NCBI GenBank assembly: GCA_963848135.1
Contig: CAWKCK010000004.1
Location: 62,001 to 126,000 of the forward strand
Source: an uncultured delta proteobacterium
GTDB taxonomy: Bacteria > Desulfobacterota > Desulfobacteria > Desulfobacterales > SG8-13
DNA length: 64,000 bases
Direction: 5' to 3'
The position numbers were made by a program, and so were the translations under genes. The notes under the pieces are model-generated. The model had not been told where the DNA came from, ran no database searches, and saw nothing but the letters and a program-made list of their open reading frames with translations. Shown in pieces: positions 38,786-49,594 of the stretch (its first letter is position 1; each line of letters opens with the position of its first letter).

Positions 38786-40131
38786 TGAAACCGATAGTCG
38801 CCATTGTAGGGCGTCCCAATGTGGGCAAATCGACCCTTTTTAACCGTGTGACCCGGTCCAGGGACGCTCTGGTCGATAACGCCCCCGGCGTGACCCGTGA
38901 TCGCCATTTTGGCACTGCCCGTTGGGATGAAATCGAATTTAGTCTGGTAGACACTGGTGGGATGGCCGGTGCGGACGAATTTTCCCTGCGCATTGCATCC
39001 CAGGTTCACCTTGCCATCGAAGAGGCCGATGCCATCATCTTTATGATGGACAGCAGGGAAGGGCTTTCGCCCTTCGATCATGAGATTGCTTCACTTCTGA
39101 GACCTGTCGACAAACCGGTTTTCTATGCGGTTAACAAAATTGACGGCCCTGAGCAAGAAGATCGGCTTTTTGATTTTTACAGCCTCGGGACTGACAAGCT
39201 CTACCCCTTGTCAGCCGAGCATCGTTATGGACTGAACGATCTTTTCGACGATCTGGTGAAAACGCTGCCCATATTTCAGCCGCCAACAGATACGGATGAC
39301 GACCTGGAAACCATCCGGCTTGCGGTCATTGGTCGTCCGAATGTGGGCAAATCTTCGCTTATCAATAATATTCTTGGAGAAGAGCGCCTGTTGGTCAGTG
39401 ACATTCCGGGCACCACTAGAGACGCCGTGGACACTTTATGTCGATTCGATGATAAACTTTACCTCCTGATCGATACTGCCGGTATTCGGCGAAAGGGTAA
39501 AGTGTCCCAGAAAATCGAAAAGTTTTCGGTCATAAAAGCGCTTCGCAGCCTGGAACGCTGCGATGTGGCCCTGGTGATAATCGATGCCCATGAAGGCATA
39601 ACCGACCAGGATATAACGATAGCCGGCTACGCCCATGATCGTGGGTGTGGGTGTGTTTTCCTCCTGAACAAATGGGATTTGATTAAAAAGGATCGCAACA
39701 CCCATCGGCAGTACACCCAGGCCTTAGAGGATAAGGCCAAATTTCTGAGCTTTGCTCCCGTATTGACCGTTTCTGCATTGACGGGGCAGAGAGTTTCCAA
39801 GATTTATGGAATGGTGGAGGCTGTATATCGACAATACTGTACACGGGTCGGCACCGGCAGGCTGAACAAAGTCTTCGAGGAGGCTGTCGATCACAATTCC
39901 CCTTCTTTGCATCGCGGGCGACGAATCAAATTTTTCTACGCCACGCAGATTTCGATTAAACCCCCGACGTTCGTCTGTTTCGTCAATTACCCGGATGCCG
40001 TGCATTTCTCTTACCATCGGTATCTGGTGAACTGCCTGCGCAGGGAACTCGGGCTCGACAATACCCCGATACGGCTGTATTTTCGTATACGAAAGCGGCG
40101 GAAGTCGATCAGCCGGAAACCAAAACATTGA
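38785..40131 (+). CDS. der: Ribosome biogenesis GTPase Der (EngA)
   Basis: Two GRPNVGKS P-loops, DTGG/DTAG, NKID/NKWD, C-terminal KH-like PPTF. Confidence 0.97.
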   Translation: MKPIVAIVGRPNVGKSTLFNRVTRSRDALVDNAPGVTRDRHFGTARWDEIEFSLVDTGGMAGADEFSLRIASQVHLAIEEADAIIFMMDSREGLSPFDHEIASLLRPVDKPVFYAVNKIDGPEQEDRLFDFYSLGTDKLYPLSAEHRYGLNDLFDDLVKTLPIFQPPTDTDDDLETIRLAVIGRPNVGKSSLINNILGEERLLVSDIPGTTRDAVDTLCRFDDKLYLLIDTAGIRRKGKVSQKIEKFSVIKALRSLERCDVALVIIDAHEGITDQDITIAGYAHDRGCGCVFLLNKWDLIKKDRNTHRQYTQALEDKAKFLSFAPVLTVSALTGQRVSKIYGMVEAVYRQYCTRVGTGRLNKVFEEAVDHNSPSLHRGRRIKFFYATQISIKPPTFVCFVNYPDAVHFSYHRYLVNCLRRELGLDNTPIRLYFRIRKRRKSISRKPKH

Positions 40132-40153
40132 AGTCTTAAAGAGCTTCAACTTC

Positions 40154-41500
40154 ATGACCGATCTTTTTGAGTACCACGCCCGCAAGAATTTCAATCCGAC
40201 CCGCCCGCTTGCCGAACGTATGCGCCCGCGCAATTTGTCCGAATTCGTCGGGCAGAATCATCTTGTCGGTGAAGGTGCGGTCATCCGCCGTGCCATCGAG
40301 CAAGACCTTATCTTCTCTATGATCCTGTGGGGGCCTCCCGGATGCGGTAAAACGACCCTGGCCCGCATGGTCGCCAGTGAGACGAAATCCCATTTTACCC
40401 AGTTCTCCGCTGTGCTTTCAGGCGTCAAAGAAATTCGTTCGGTAATCGACGACGCCCGAAAACAGCTCTCCTTGCACCGCAAGAAAACCATTCTTTTCGT
40501 GGATGAGATTCACCGTTTCAACAAAGCCCAGCAGGATGCATTTTTGCACCAGGTTGAAAGCGGTTTGATTACCCTCATCGGCGCGACTACCGAGAACCCT
40601 TCCTTCGAAGTGATTGCCCCTTTGCTGTCGCGTTGCCGGGTGCTTACTCTGAAACTTTTGACGGGCGATGAGATCGGCGCCATTCTGAAGCGGGCGTTGG
40701 AGGATGAAGATAGGGGAATTGGCAATCGCGGGATTGAGTTGGTTCCGGAGGCGTTGACCTATCTGATGGACATTGCGGACGGGGATGCACGGGCGGCGTT
40801 GAATGGACTCGATATCGCCGCGGCGCTCATGACCGGAGACGGCCAGACGACCGGTCCGATTACCTTGTCGGATGTCGAGCGGGCGGTGCAGAAGAAAGCC
40901 CTGATGTACGATAAGGGGGGGGAAGAACATTATAATATTATTTCCGCTCTTCACAAAAGTTTGCGCGGCAGCGATCCTGACGCGGCATTGTATTGGCTCA
41001 CACGGATGCTCGAGGCAGGGGAAGACCCCCTTTATATTGCCCGTCGTATGGTTCGTTTCGCTTCCGAAGATGTGGGGAACGCGGATCCGCAAGCCCTTGG
41101 CATCGCCCTCGATGCCATGGAAGCCTTTAAATTTATCGGACGGCCGGAGGGGGATCTGGCTTTGGCGCAGGCGGCAGTCTATCTAGCGACTGCCCCCAAA
41201 AGCAACAGCCTGTATGCCGCTCACAAAGCGGTGGTATCCGATATCCGTGCTACCGGCTCGCAGCCAGTGCCGCTCCATATTCGCAACGCGCCGACGCGGC
41301 TGATGAAAGATCTCGGTTATTCGAAGGGATACAAATACGCTCACGATTACCCGGAAGCCCATGTGTCACAGACCTACTTGCCGGACACGCTTAAGGGGCG
41401 TCGATATTACCGTCCCACCGGCAGAGGATATGAAAAAATTATTGCGGAGCGCCTCGATCGATGGCATCGATCGATAAATCCGGGTGATCGCAAGAAATAA
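40154..41500 (+). CDS. rarA: Replication-associated recombination protein A (RarA/MgsA)
   Basis: PLAERMRP, GPPGCGKT, DEIHRFNKAQQD, SALHKSLRGSD, ASEDVG. Confidence 0.95.
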   Translation: MTDLFEYHARKNFNPTRPLAERMRPRNLSEFVGQNHLVGEGAVIRRAIEQDLIFSMILWGPPGCGKTTLARMVASETKSHFTQFSAVLSGVKEIRSVIDDARKQLSLHRKKTILFVDEIHRFNKAQQDAFLHQVESGLITLIGATTENPSFEVIAPLLSRCRVLTLKLLTGDEIGAILKRALEDEDRGIGNRGIELVPEALTYLMDIADGDARAALNGLDIAAALMTGDGQTTGPITLSDVERAVQKKALMYDKGGEEHYNIISALHKSLRGSDPDAALYWLTRMLEAGEDPLYIARRMVRFASEDVGNADPQALGIALDAMEAFKFIGRPEGDLALAQAAVYLATAPKSNSLYAAHKAVVSDIRATGSQPVPLHIRNAPTRLMKDLGYSKGYKYAHDYPEAHVSQTYLPDTLKGRRYYRPTGRGYEKIIAERLDRWHRSINPGDRKK

Positions 41501-41564
41501 ACCCTTAAACATGATCAATCCCTGTCGCTTGGCCACAGGGCACAATCATGGATTTGGATGAACA

Positions 41565-42353
41565 CTAACAACCGTGTGAAGTGATAGCGAACCGCTCCTG
41601 ACGGACATTATCGGCGGGAGTGTGCGGCGAATCCGGCCCAAACGAACGCTCCTCGAATGTGACATCTCCCGAATCGGTGATCAAAAGGACAGAAGAAGAT
41701 CTGGTGCCATAGGTGGGACTGGTGATGAACAGCGGCGACAGAAGTCGTTCCCAATCGCGTCCGACGCCTGTGTCAGGGAGTTGATCATCCGGTGCAAGTG
41801 CACGGTCCGACAATACGCCGAACAGATCATCGATACTCCAAGCGTCTTCTCGGGTCAGTATTTTTTTCAGGTGGTATTTGCCCCTGACGAGCTTGGGCCA
41901 AGCGGTATTAAGCAAGTGATTGCTCAGACCGTAGAGCCCGGGGCGGAGCGCGGCCATCCCGTCACCCCGGTTGGAGTAATACCGGAGCGTTTCTTGGTCG
42001 CCAACCAGCAGATTGAATCCGTTATACCCTTGGCCGGTCTTATGCACCGTTTCGAGATAGCTTTGAGGCGCTTCGGTGCCTTTAAGGTAACGGCTGATCA
42101 ACAGACCGCGGGAGGGCGCCTGAGGGTTTTGATTGGCAGGGTCCCGATAGTTGGTCAAGGCCGCAATGCGTCCGCAGCGCGACACACCGAGCCAGGTGCC
42201 GCTCCCTTTCATATCTCGTCCCGCGTATACATTTGGGGCTTCTTGCCAGGCGGCCAGCGGTAGGGTCGGGCGGTCGTAGAACTCATCCCGGTTGGCGATG
42301 AGAATCAAGCGGTAACCGGGATGCTCTTTATACGAAAAAAGAATCAGACACAT
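41565..42353 (-). CDS. NRDE/TANGO2 family protein
   Basis: MCLI start, ANRDEFY, SRG.L, GLSNH, YGTRSS. Confidence 0.92.
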   Translation of the reverse strand: MCLILFSYKEHPGYRLILIANRDEFYDRPTLPLAAWQEAPNVYAGRDMKGSGTWLGVSRCGRIAALTNYRDPANQNPQAPSRGLLISRYLKGTEAPQSYLETVHKTGQGYNGFNLLVGDQETLRYYSNRGDGMAALRPGLYGLSNHLLNTAWPKLVRGKYHLKKILTREDAWSIDDLFGVLSDRALAPDDQLPDTGVGRDWERLLSPLFITSPTYGTRSSSVLLITDSGDVTFEERSFGPDSPHTPADNVRQERFAITSHGC

Positions 42354-42468
42354 GGTATCACCATTGACCGTCACCCGTTGGTGTGATAGTGGCAATCGGG
42401 TTCCTTCGCATTTAATTTGATAAAATAATCAACATTTTAATTAAAATCAACGCTAGGAGGATAGTGCG

Positions 42469-43755
42469 ATGAGAGAGGCTGTAATTGTCAGCGGGGCGAG
42501 AACGGCGATCGGTAATTTCGGCGGTGGTCTGCAGTCGGTGCCGGTGGTCGACCTGGGTGCGCTCGTAATAAAAAATGTACTTCAAAAAATCGGTTTGAGA
42601 CCGGTTGCGAGCTCGCAAATGGCGGCGAACGCTCCGGATAAATTGGAGGGCGGTGCCTTAACGGCGCTCGAAGCCAAATACCATGATTGGCAAGACGCGG
42701 CAGTTCCTGTAACCGTCGATGAAGTCGTCATGGGAAATGTGCTCCAGACAGGCCAAGGACAAAACCCCGCCCGGCAGGCGATGATCCGCGCCGGCCTGCC
42801 TAAAGAGACGCCGGCCTATTCGATTAACAAAGTCTGCGGTTCCGGCCTCAAGTCGATTGCCTTGGGTGCGGGGGCCATCATGACCGGGCAGGCCGATGTC
42901 GTTGTTGCCGGTGGTCAGGAAAATATGAGCCAGGTACCGATGTCTCTTCCTAAAGGTCGTTGGGGGTATCGTATGGAACTGAGTGGCGTCGGTCAAATTC
43001 ACGACCTGATGGTTTTTGACGGGCTTTATGAGATCTTTTACGGGTATCACATGGGAGTGACGGCTGAAAACATTGCCGATCTTTATCGTATTGAACGCCG
43101 GGAGCAAGACGAATTGAGCGTGCTGAGCCATACCCGAGCACGCAGGGCGATAACGGAAGGATTGTTCGAGGAGGAAATTGTGCCTGTCGTTATCAAGTCG
43201 CGCAAAGGCGAGTCCATATTCGAGGTCGATGAGAGACCGATGGACACTGATATTGAGAAAATGGCCAAACTACGGCCGGTGTTCAAAACAGATGGATCCG
43301 TCACCGCCGGGAACGCCTCTGGTATCAATGATGCGGCAGCCGCCGTATTGATGATGAGCGCTGAAAAAGCCGAGGAATTGGGTCTCGAACCGTTCCTGCG
43401 AATCAAAGGGGTTGCAGCGGGCGGTCTCGACCCGGCCTTTATGGGATTGGGACCGGTGCCGGCCATCCGCAAAGTGCTGAAATCCACTGGTATGGTATTG
43501 AGCGACATTGACATGATCGAGCTGAACGAAGCCTTTGCCGCCCAGGCCATCGGGTGCATGCGTGATCTGGGAATCGAAATTGACCGCCCGAATGAACTGG
43601 GAAGCGGTATTTCGCTCGGGCATCCCATTGGCTGTACCGGCACTCGTCAGGTCGTGACCGCGATGCACCACATGAAACGCAACGGGTACGGCACGGGTTT
43701 GATCAGCATGTGTATCGGCGGCGGTATGGGCATGGCGATGATCGTTGAGCGTTAA
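42469..43755 (+). CDS. Acetyl-CoA C-acyltransferase (classical thiolase) with an N-terminal insertion
   Basis: NKVCGSG, ELNEAFA, GHPIG, MCIGGG; SD AGGAGG. Confidence 0.93.
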   Translation: MREAVIVSGARTAIGNFGGGLQSVPVVDLGALVIKNVLQKIGLRPVASSQMAANAPDKLEGGALTALEAKYHDWQDAAVPVTVDEVVMGNVLQTGQGQNPARQAMIRAGLPKETPAYSINKVCGSGLKSIALGAGAIMTGQADVVVAGGQENMSQVPMSLPKGRWGYRMELSGVGQIHDLMVFDGLYEIFYGYHMGVTAENIADLYRIERREQDELSVLSHTRARRAITEGLFEEEIVPVVIKSRKGESIFEVDERPMDTDIEKMAKLRPVFKTDGSVTAGNASGINDAAAAVLMMSAEKAEELGLEPFLRIKGVAAGGLDPAFMGLGPVPAIRKVLKSTGMVLSDIDMIELNEAFAAQAIGCMRDLGIEIDRPNELGSGISLGHPIGCTGTRQVVTAMHHMKRNGYGTGLISMCIGGGMGMAMIVER

Positions 43756-43767
43756 CTATTTGAGCCC

Positions 43768-44031
43768 TCGGGGAGTTTTCACCATCCGGTAGCGGAGGGA
43801 ATAATCAGCGACTTCAGCGCGCAAACTCATGCATAAGGCAACCTAAGGAAAGAACAGATTTCATAATGATATAAAACTGTTGAAATCAGTTCACTTATTG
43901 TGACCCGAATCTGATAACCGGAGTTCCCGCTGTTCTTTCCCAAAGTTGCCTAATGCATTCGGACAGTGCGCGATTTCGCTGCTGATCACTCCCTCCGCTC
44001 TGGTTCAGCATTTGCGGGAAAAACTCCCCGA
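43768..44031. repeat. ~264-bp imperfect foldback (long inverted repeat) element
   Basis: TCGGGGAGTTTT/AAAACTCCCCGA, GCGGAGGGA/TCCCTCCGC, CGCGCA/TGCGCG, ATGCATAAGGCAAC/GTTGCCTAATGCAT, GGAAAGAACAG/CTGTTCTTTCC. Confidence 0.8.
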
Positions 44032-44037
44032 CCCCTG

Positions 44038-44158
44038 AACTATTTGAACAGTCGCGGACTTTCCGTAACACCCGGATAGGAAGGGGTATTCAGCGACTTT
44101 AGCGCGCAAACTCGCGTATAAAGCAGTATAAAGAAAGAACGGAATTCCATTGAAATAT
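44038..44158. repeat. Diverged tandem copy of the foldback left arm
   Basis: AACTATTTGA at both 43754 and 44038; TCAGCGACTTyAGCGCGCAAACTC and GAAAGAAC shared. Confidence 0.75.
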
Positions 44159-44289
44159 TTAGCGTTCATTCAGACCATTTTTCTCTTTACACACCCATGG
44201 CTTACTGGTATAAGTCACGAAAAAAATGGTCAATTCGGTAACAACGCGATGGAAGAACCGTTACCGTTCGGAGAGGGGGTCAGAGGAGC

Positions 44290-44445
44290 ATGAGCATACC
44301 CAGGAAGTTGGGCATATTGATTTTCTTCGGAGTACCGGCCATTATCGGTGGTGGGATCGTCTATGCCATATTTCATGATCTCACAGCCATATTTATTTAC
44401 CAAGCCATTCTTCTGCTCGGAGCCGGAGCGTTTGTCGCCAGATAG
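44290..44445 (+). CDS. 51-aa small membrane protein (not in ORF track)
   Basis: SD AGAGGAG then MSIPRKLGILIFFGVPAIIGGGIVYAIFHDLTAIFIYQAILLLGAGAFVAR*, two hydrophobic segments. Confidence 0.6.
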   Translation: MSIPRKLGILIFFGVPAIIGGGIVYAIFHDLTAIFIYQAILLLGAGAFVAR

Positions 44446-44703
44446 ACGCCTGCGTCACTCATCTTTCAGCTCATCGCACACGATAAAGCACAGGCCACGG
44501 CTGCCCCTGAATTTTCGGAACCTTTGGGGCGACGTGGATTTTTTATGCTCGGATGGCTGCTGTGGCCGTTTCGAAAACGTATTGGCTGCAACTGTTACCG
44601 GGGCATTCCGTCTGCTCTGCCAGCGCCTGAACAAAAACTGCCGCCGGTAATGGCATCACGGGATGCCTGCTTCATTTAAATTGACATAAAATCAAGGTGG
44701 GAA

Positions 44704-47127
44704 ATGATACCAACTGAAAATTCGCCTATGGTTAGCATAGAAAGTGAGATGCGAAAATCGTATCTCGACTATGCCATGAGTGTCATTATCGGCCGAGCGC
44801 TGCCTGACATTCGCGATGGCCTGAAACCAGTGCATCGACGCGTGCTTTTCGCCATGCGGGAACTCAGGAACGACTGGAACAAACCTTACAAGAAGTCGGC
44901 GCGTATCGTCGGTGATGTCATCGGTAAATACCATCCGCATGGCGACACGGCGGTATATGACACCATCGTTCGTATGGCTCAGGACTTTTCGCTCCGCTAT
45001 CCGATGGTGGACGGTCAGGGCAATTTCGGATCCATTGACGGTGACCCGGCGGCTGCCATGCGGTACACCGAGATCCGGATGACGCGCTTGGCGCATGAAA
45101 TGCTGGCGGATCTTGATAAAGAAACTGTCGATTTCGTTCCAAACTACGATGAGTCCATGACCGAGCCTTCAGTCATGCCGGCCAAGATACCGTCTCTTCT
45201 CATCAATGGTTCGTCGGGAATCGCCGTGGGTATGGCCACGAATATTCCCCCCCATAATTTAAACGAAGTTTGCGAGGCGGTAAAAGCCCTGGTGGATAAC
45301 CCGCAGCTTGAATGGCACGATTTGATAAAATATATACCGGGTCCTGATTTTCCCACCGGCGGCATCATTTACGGTACGACCGGAATCGAAGAGGCCTACA
45401 GTACCGGCCGAGGCATCATTCGGATGCGGGGGAGGGTGATGGTCGAAATAGACCAGCGAACCCAGGCCGAAACGGTTGTTATCACTGAGCTTCCTTTCCA
45501 GGTCAACAAAGCCCGGCTCATCGAGAAAATTGCCGATCTTGTAAAAAATAAACAGATCGAAGGGTTGCGTTTTGTCAGAGACGAATCGGACCGCGATGGA
45601 ATGCGCATCGCCATGGGTTTGAAAAAAGACCAGATTGCCGGGGTGATCATCAATCAGCTCTATAAACATACCCGCCTCGAGAGCAGTTTCGGCGTTATTT
45701 TCCTTTCCGTTGTTCAAGGGCGTCCGGAGTTGTTGCCCCTGAAAGAGATCCTCGAGCACTTTATTTATCATCGTAAAGAGATCATCGTTCGGCGGACACG
45801 TTACGACTTGCGAAAAGCGGAGGAGCGTGCTCATATCCTCGAAGGCTTGAAGATCGCGCTTGACAACCTGGACGACGTCGTGGCGTTGATAAGAAGCTCT
45901 CGATCACCGGACGAAGCCCGCAGTCGGCTCATGGAGAATTACGCTCTCACAATCATTCAGGCCAAGGCCATTCTGGACATGCGGCTGCAGCGGTTGACAG
46001 GGCTCGAGCGGGAAAAGATCATCGAAGAGTATCAAAACGTGCTCAAAGATATTGCCGGTTTCAAGGAGATTCTGGGAAGTAATCAGTTGGTCCTGAACAT
46101 CGTCAAGGAAGAAATCTCGGAAATCCAGGCCGAATTCGCCGATGAACGCCGTTCGGAGATTGTTCATGACACGAAGGAGATCAACATAGAAGATATGATT
46201 GTCGAAGAGGATATGGTGGTCACCATTTCCCACGAAGGATATATTAAGCGCAACCCGATCACCTTATACCAGAATCAGCGCCGCGGTGGTAAGGGCAAGA
46301 CCGCCATGGGTACCAAAGAAAAGGATTTTGTACAACATCTATTCGTGGCCTCCACGCACCATACATTTATGTTTTTTACAAACCAGGGCCGGGTCTACTG
46401 GCGTAAGGTGTATGAAATTCCCCAGGCCGGGAGAACGAGTCGCGGTAAGGCCGTCGTTAATTTGTTGAATCTGGCGCCCGAAGAAAAGATGACCACGGTA
46501 CTGGCAGTCCCGGCTTTCGAGCCGGGGGCCTATATACTGATGGCGACCCGCAATGGCCTTGTTAAAAAGACGGATTTGATGGCTTTCAGCAGGCCCAGAG
46601 TCGGCGGCATCATTGCTATCAATCTGCGTTCCGGCGATGAACTGATCGAAGCCAGGCTGACCGATGGAACCTACAATGTGTTTCTTGGTTCAGCCACGGG
46701 TAAATCGATTCGATTCCATGAATCAAATGTCAGGCCCTCGGGTCGCGTATCCCAGGGGGTACGGGGTATGAATCTTGCCAAAGGCCATCGAATTGTCGGT
46801 ATGGAGGTGCTGAGCCACGGGCAGACACTTTTTACAGTCACCGAAAACGGATTTGGCAAGCGAACCTCCATCGATGAGTACCCCCTTCACAAGCGCGGTG
46901 GCAAAGGTGTGATCACAATAAAAACCAGCGAGCGCAACGGGCAGGTCGTCGCGATCTTACTGGTCGATGAAGAAGACGATGTCATGCTTATGACCAATGG
47001 GGGAAAACTTATCCGTATCCCGGTAAAAGGGGTATCGGTTATCAGCCGCAACACTCAGGGCGTCACGCTGATCGATACCGATGATGATGAGAAAGTTGTC
47101 GATGCGGCGCGTCTCCAAGAGGACTAA
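44704..47127 (+). CDS. gyrA: DNA gyrase subunit A
   Basis: [23 protein letters not shown], GyrA-box QRRGGKG. Confidence 0.98.
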   Translation: MIPTENSPMVSIESEMRKSYLDYAMSVIIGRALPDIRDGLKPVHRRVLFAMRELRNDWNKPYKKSARIVGDVIGKYHPHGDTAVYDTIVRMAQDFSLRYPMVDGQGNFGSIDGDPAAAMRYTEIRMTRLAHEMLADLDKETVDFVPNYDESMTEPSVMPAKIPSLLINGSSGIAVGMATNIPPHNLNEVCEAVKALVDNPQLEWHDLIKYIPGPDFPTGGIIYGTTGIEEAYSTGRGIIRMRGRVMVEIDQRTQAETVVITELPFQVNKARLIEKIADLVKNKQIEGLRFVRDESDRDGMRIAMGLKKDQIAGVIINQLYKHTRLESSFGVIFLSVVQGRPELLPLKEILEHFIYHRKEIIVRRTRYDLRKAEERAHILEGLKIALDNLDDVVALIRSSRSPDEARSRLMENYALTIIQAKAILDMRLQRLTGLEREKIIEEYQNVLKDIAGFKEILGSNQLVLNIVKEEISEIQAEFADERRSEIVHDTKEINIEDMIVEEDMVVTISHEGYIKRNPITLYQNQRRGGKGKTAMGTKEKDFVQHLFVASTHHTFMFFTNQGRVYWRKVYEIPQAGRTSRGKAVVNLLNLAPEEKMTTVLAVPAFEPGAYILMATRNGLVKKTDLMAFSRPRVGGIIAINLRSGDELIEARLTDGTYNVFLGSATGKSIRFHESNVRPSGRVSQGVRGMNLAKGHRIVGMEVLSHGQTLFTVTENGFGKRTSIDEYPLHKRGGKGVITIKTSERNGQVVAILLVDEEDDVMLMTNGGKLIRIPVKGVSVISRNTQGVTLIDTDDDEKVVDAARLQED

Positions 47128-47181
47128 ATTGCAGTGTGGCGATTGGGTCAGGAGCGGACCGGCGACGTTCATTTGGAGTGA

Positions 47182-48225
47182 ATGACGATGAATACGACTG
47201 AAAAAACTCTTGAAAAGATGAAAATCGGGGTGGTGGGCGCCGGGAGCTGGGGTACGGCGCTGGCCAACCTGCTGGCCCTGAAAGGTTATTCCATCGATTT
47301 ATGGGTATTCGAAGACGATGTCATTGCCCAAATAAGAGAACACCGGGAAAATAAGATTTTTCTGCCAGGCATATCACTGGCGCGGAACATTGAACCCCAC
47401 GCTGATATCAAAGCGGTCGCTGCCGAAAAGGATCTTTTGCTCGTTGTCGTTCCATCGCACGTCATGCGCGAGACAACGGCGCACATCCGGGATAATATCG
47501 GCGGGAATACGATCGTTGTTACAGCTTCGAAGGGGATTGAAAACCAAACGCATTTAACGATGACAGGGGTGTTGCGTCAAACCTTGCCAGAAATTCCCGA
47601 AAACCAACTGGCCGTTCTATCAGGTCCCAGTTTTGCGCGTGAGGTGGCGCAGAATTTTCCCACAGCCGTGACTGTCGCGGCAACGGATCTCGAAGTGGCC
47701 GGTTTCGTCCAAAAGGTATTCGCCACGCCGCACTTCCGCGTTTACACCAACGATGATGTATTGGGCGTGGAACTGGGGGGTGCGGTGAAAAACGTCATTG
47801 CTATCGCGGCCGGTGTTGTCGACGGGTTGGGACTGGGATTGAACACCCGGGCGGCCCTCATCACCCGTGGGCAGACTGAAATACGGCGGCTGGGTGTCGC
47901 TCTGGGCGCAAAGCCGCGCACTTTTACCGGGCTTGCGGGAATCGGTGACCTGATCCTGACGTGCACCGGAACACTCAGTCGAAATCATACCCTGGGGCAA
48001 AAAATAGGGCAGGGTATGAAACTCAAAGATATCCTGGCCGATATGCGCATGGTTGCCGAAGGGGTGAAAACGGCCCGATCGGTCTACAATCTGTCACAGA
48101 AAATCAACGTTGAAATGCCCATCTGTGAGGAAATGTATCACATACTGTACGAAGACATCGCACCTGAGGATGCCCTTCAACGACTCATGACCCGGGAGTT
48201 GAAGTATGAGTTGGATGAAGAATGA
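47182..48225 (+). CDS. gpsA: NAD(P)H-dependent glycerol-3-phosphate dehydrogenase
   Basis: GAGSWGTALA, SKGIE, LSGPSFA, KNVIAIA, GDLILTC, SRN. Confidence 0.95.
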   Translation: MTMNTTEKTLEKMKIGVVGAGSWGTALANLLALKGYSIDLWVFEDDVIAQIREHRENKIFLPGISLARNIEPHADIKAVAAEKDLLLVVVPSHVMRETTAHIRDNIGGNTIVVTASKGIENQTHLTMTGVLRQTLPEIPENQLAVLSGPSFAREVAQNFPTAVTVAATDLEVAGFVQKVFATPHFRVYTNDDVLGVELGGAVKNVIAIAAGVVDGLGLGLNTRAALITRGQTEIRRLGVALGAKPRTFTGLAGIGDLILTCTGTLSRNHTLGQKIGQGMKLKDILADMRMVAEGVKTARSVYNLSQKINVEMPICEEMYHILYEDIAPEDALQRLMTRELKYELDEE

Positions 48226-48361
48226 CGGCTGCCTTAACTGTCAAATAAATCCTAAAGTGAGCGTTTCACATTTTAAATGCGCAATAGCATCATATCTCGC
48301 GCTGAGCATGACCTCCATGGCGTAAGTATTTCTGGCACCTGCTAAATCCAGGGAGCACCCA

Positions 48362-49084
48362 TTGACTGGCAACCGCAAGCACAAAGGCGCTGGACATCGG
48401 CAGAGGCTGAGGGATAAATTCCTATCTTCGGGCCTGAAAGGATTTCACGATTACGAGGTGATCGAATTGCTTTTGACCTTGGGAACCCCGCGGAAGGACT
48501 GCAAGGATGCGGCCAAAGCGGCCATGAAGTATTTCCGGAGTTTCCAGGGAGTGATCGAGGCATCAGCCGAAGAACTTTGCCGGATTGACGGTGTCGGACC
48601 CAGAAACCTGATCGGAATCAAGCTGGTTAAGGCCGTTGCCGACCGCTACATGGCCAGAAAGCTCGAAAACCAAAACCCGCTCAACAACTCCCGCGACCTC
48701 TTCGATTTCCTGTACCACAGTATGCGCGACAAACAGCGAGAGCATTTCAGGGTTATCTATCTGGATGCCAAGAACCGAGTGATCACCACGGAAACGCTTT
48801 TCAAAGGAACCCTGACGGCCAGCTCGGTCTATCCCCGTGAAGTCGTGCGCTCCGCTCTCAAGCATCAAGCGGCAGCCCTGATCTTTGCACACAACCATCC
48901 TTCCGGGGATCCGCAACCGTCGCCCGATGATATTGCCGTTACCCGGCAACTGGTTTTTGCCTGTCGGATAATGGCCATCACAGTGCACGAGCATCTGGTG
49001 ATCGGCAACAACCGCTACTTCAGTTTTGCGGATCAGGGCTATGTGGCGCGCTTTAACAGCGATTTTGACCGGCAAACCCACTGA
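48362..49084 (+). CDS. radC: RadC family JAB domain protein
   Basis: GHRQRL, HhH IDGVG, VYPREV, HNHPSGDP.PS.DD. Confidence 0.92.
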   Translation: MTGNRKHKGAGHRQRLRDKFLSSGLKGFHDYEVIELLLTLGTPRKDCKDAAKAAMKYFRSFQGVIEASAEELCRIDGVGPRNLIGIKLVKAVADRYMARKLENQNPLNNSRDLFDFLYHSMRDKQREHFRVIYLDAKNRVITTETLFKGTLTASSVYPREVVRSALKHQAAALIFAHNHPSGDPQPSPDDIAVTRQLVFACRIMAITVHEHLVIGNNRYFSFADQGYVARFNSDFDRQTH

Positions 49085-49279
49085 AACATGATTTCCTTTT
49101 TACTTGCCATGACACCGGGCATGGATTAACTTTTAATTCCGCAGATTACCTGTTCCGCCATGATAGGTGACTTTATGCGACACCTGCGCTCGATACCGTT
49201 GCCGATCCGATAACCATCCAAGATGGGGACGTGGATAAACGCCATGTTTGTGCAATAGCTGCCCAAGGTTAATGAAATT

Positions 49280-49594
49280 ATGTGGAATCCCGATCCTAAG
49301 CACCGAAAGCCAGAATACCCCTATTGTTTCGGCAAATTGAACACGGTCTTTCCGTTGGGTGACGACGGTCTACGGCATACACCCGAATCCTGCATGGTTT
49401 GCCGTTACAAAACCGAGTGCCTGCGGGAAGCGCTGAAAAAAACCGATGGAATCAAGGTGCGCGAGGAAAAATTGGATCGCGCATATACCGCCGGAATGGT
49501 CGGTTTTCTGGAAAGATGGTCCCGGAAAAAAGAGTTGTACCGGCAGAAACAGCAGAGGGAAAAGTCCGCTGACGAGGAAAAGGGGGAATCATGA
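49280..49594 (+). CDS. Hypothetical 4-Cys protein coupled to pgk
   Basis: CFG, CMVC, ECL; ATGA overlap with pgk. Confidence 0.65.
   Translation: MWNPDPKHRKPEYPYCFGKLNTVFPLGDDGLRHTPESCMVCRYKTECLREALKKTDGIKVREEKLDRAYTAGMVGFLERWSRKKELYRQKQQREKSADEEKGES

Noticed and set aside
44930..44965. GyrA QRDR has Thr at the Ser83-equivalent position
   Set aside because: Thr is the natural residue in many taxa, so it is not evidence of resistance.
48362..49084. radC as a marker of a mobile element
   Set aside because: It is the full-length form among housekeeping genes, with no integrase or att sites.
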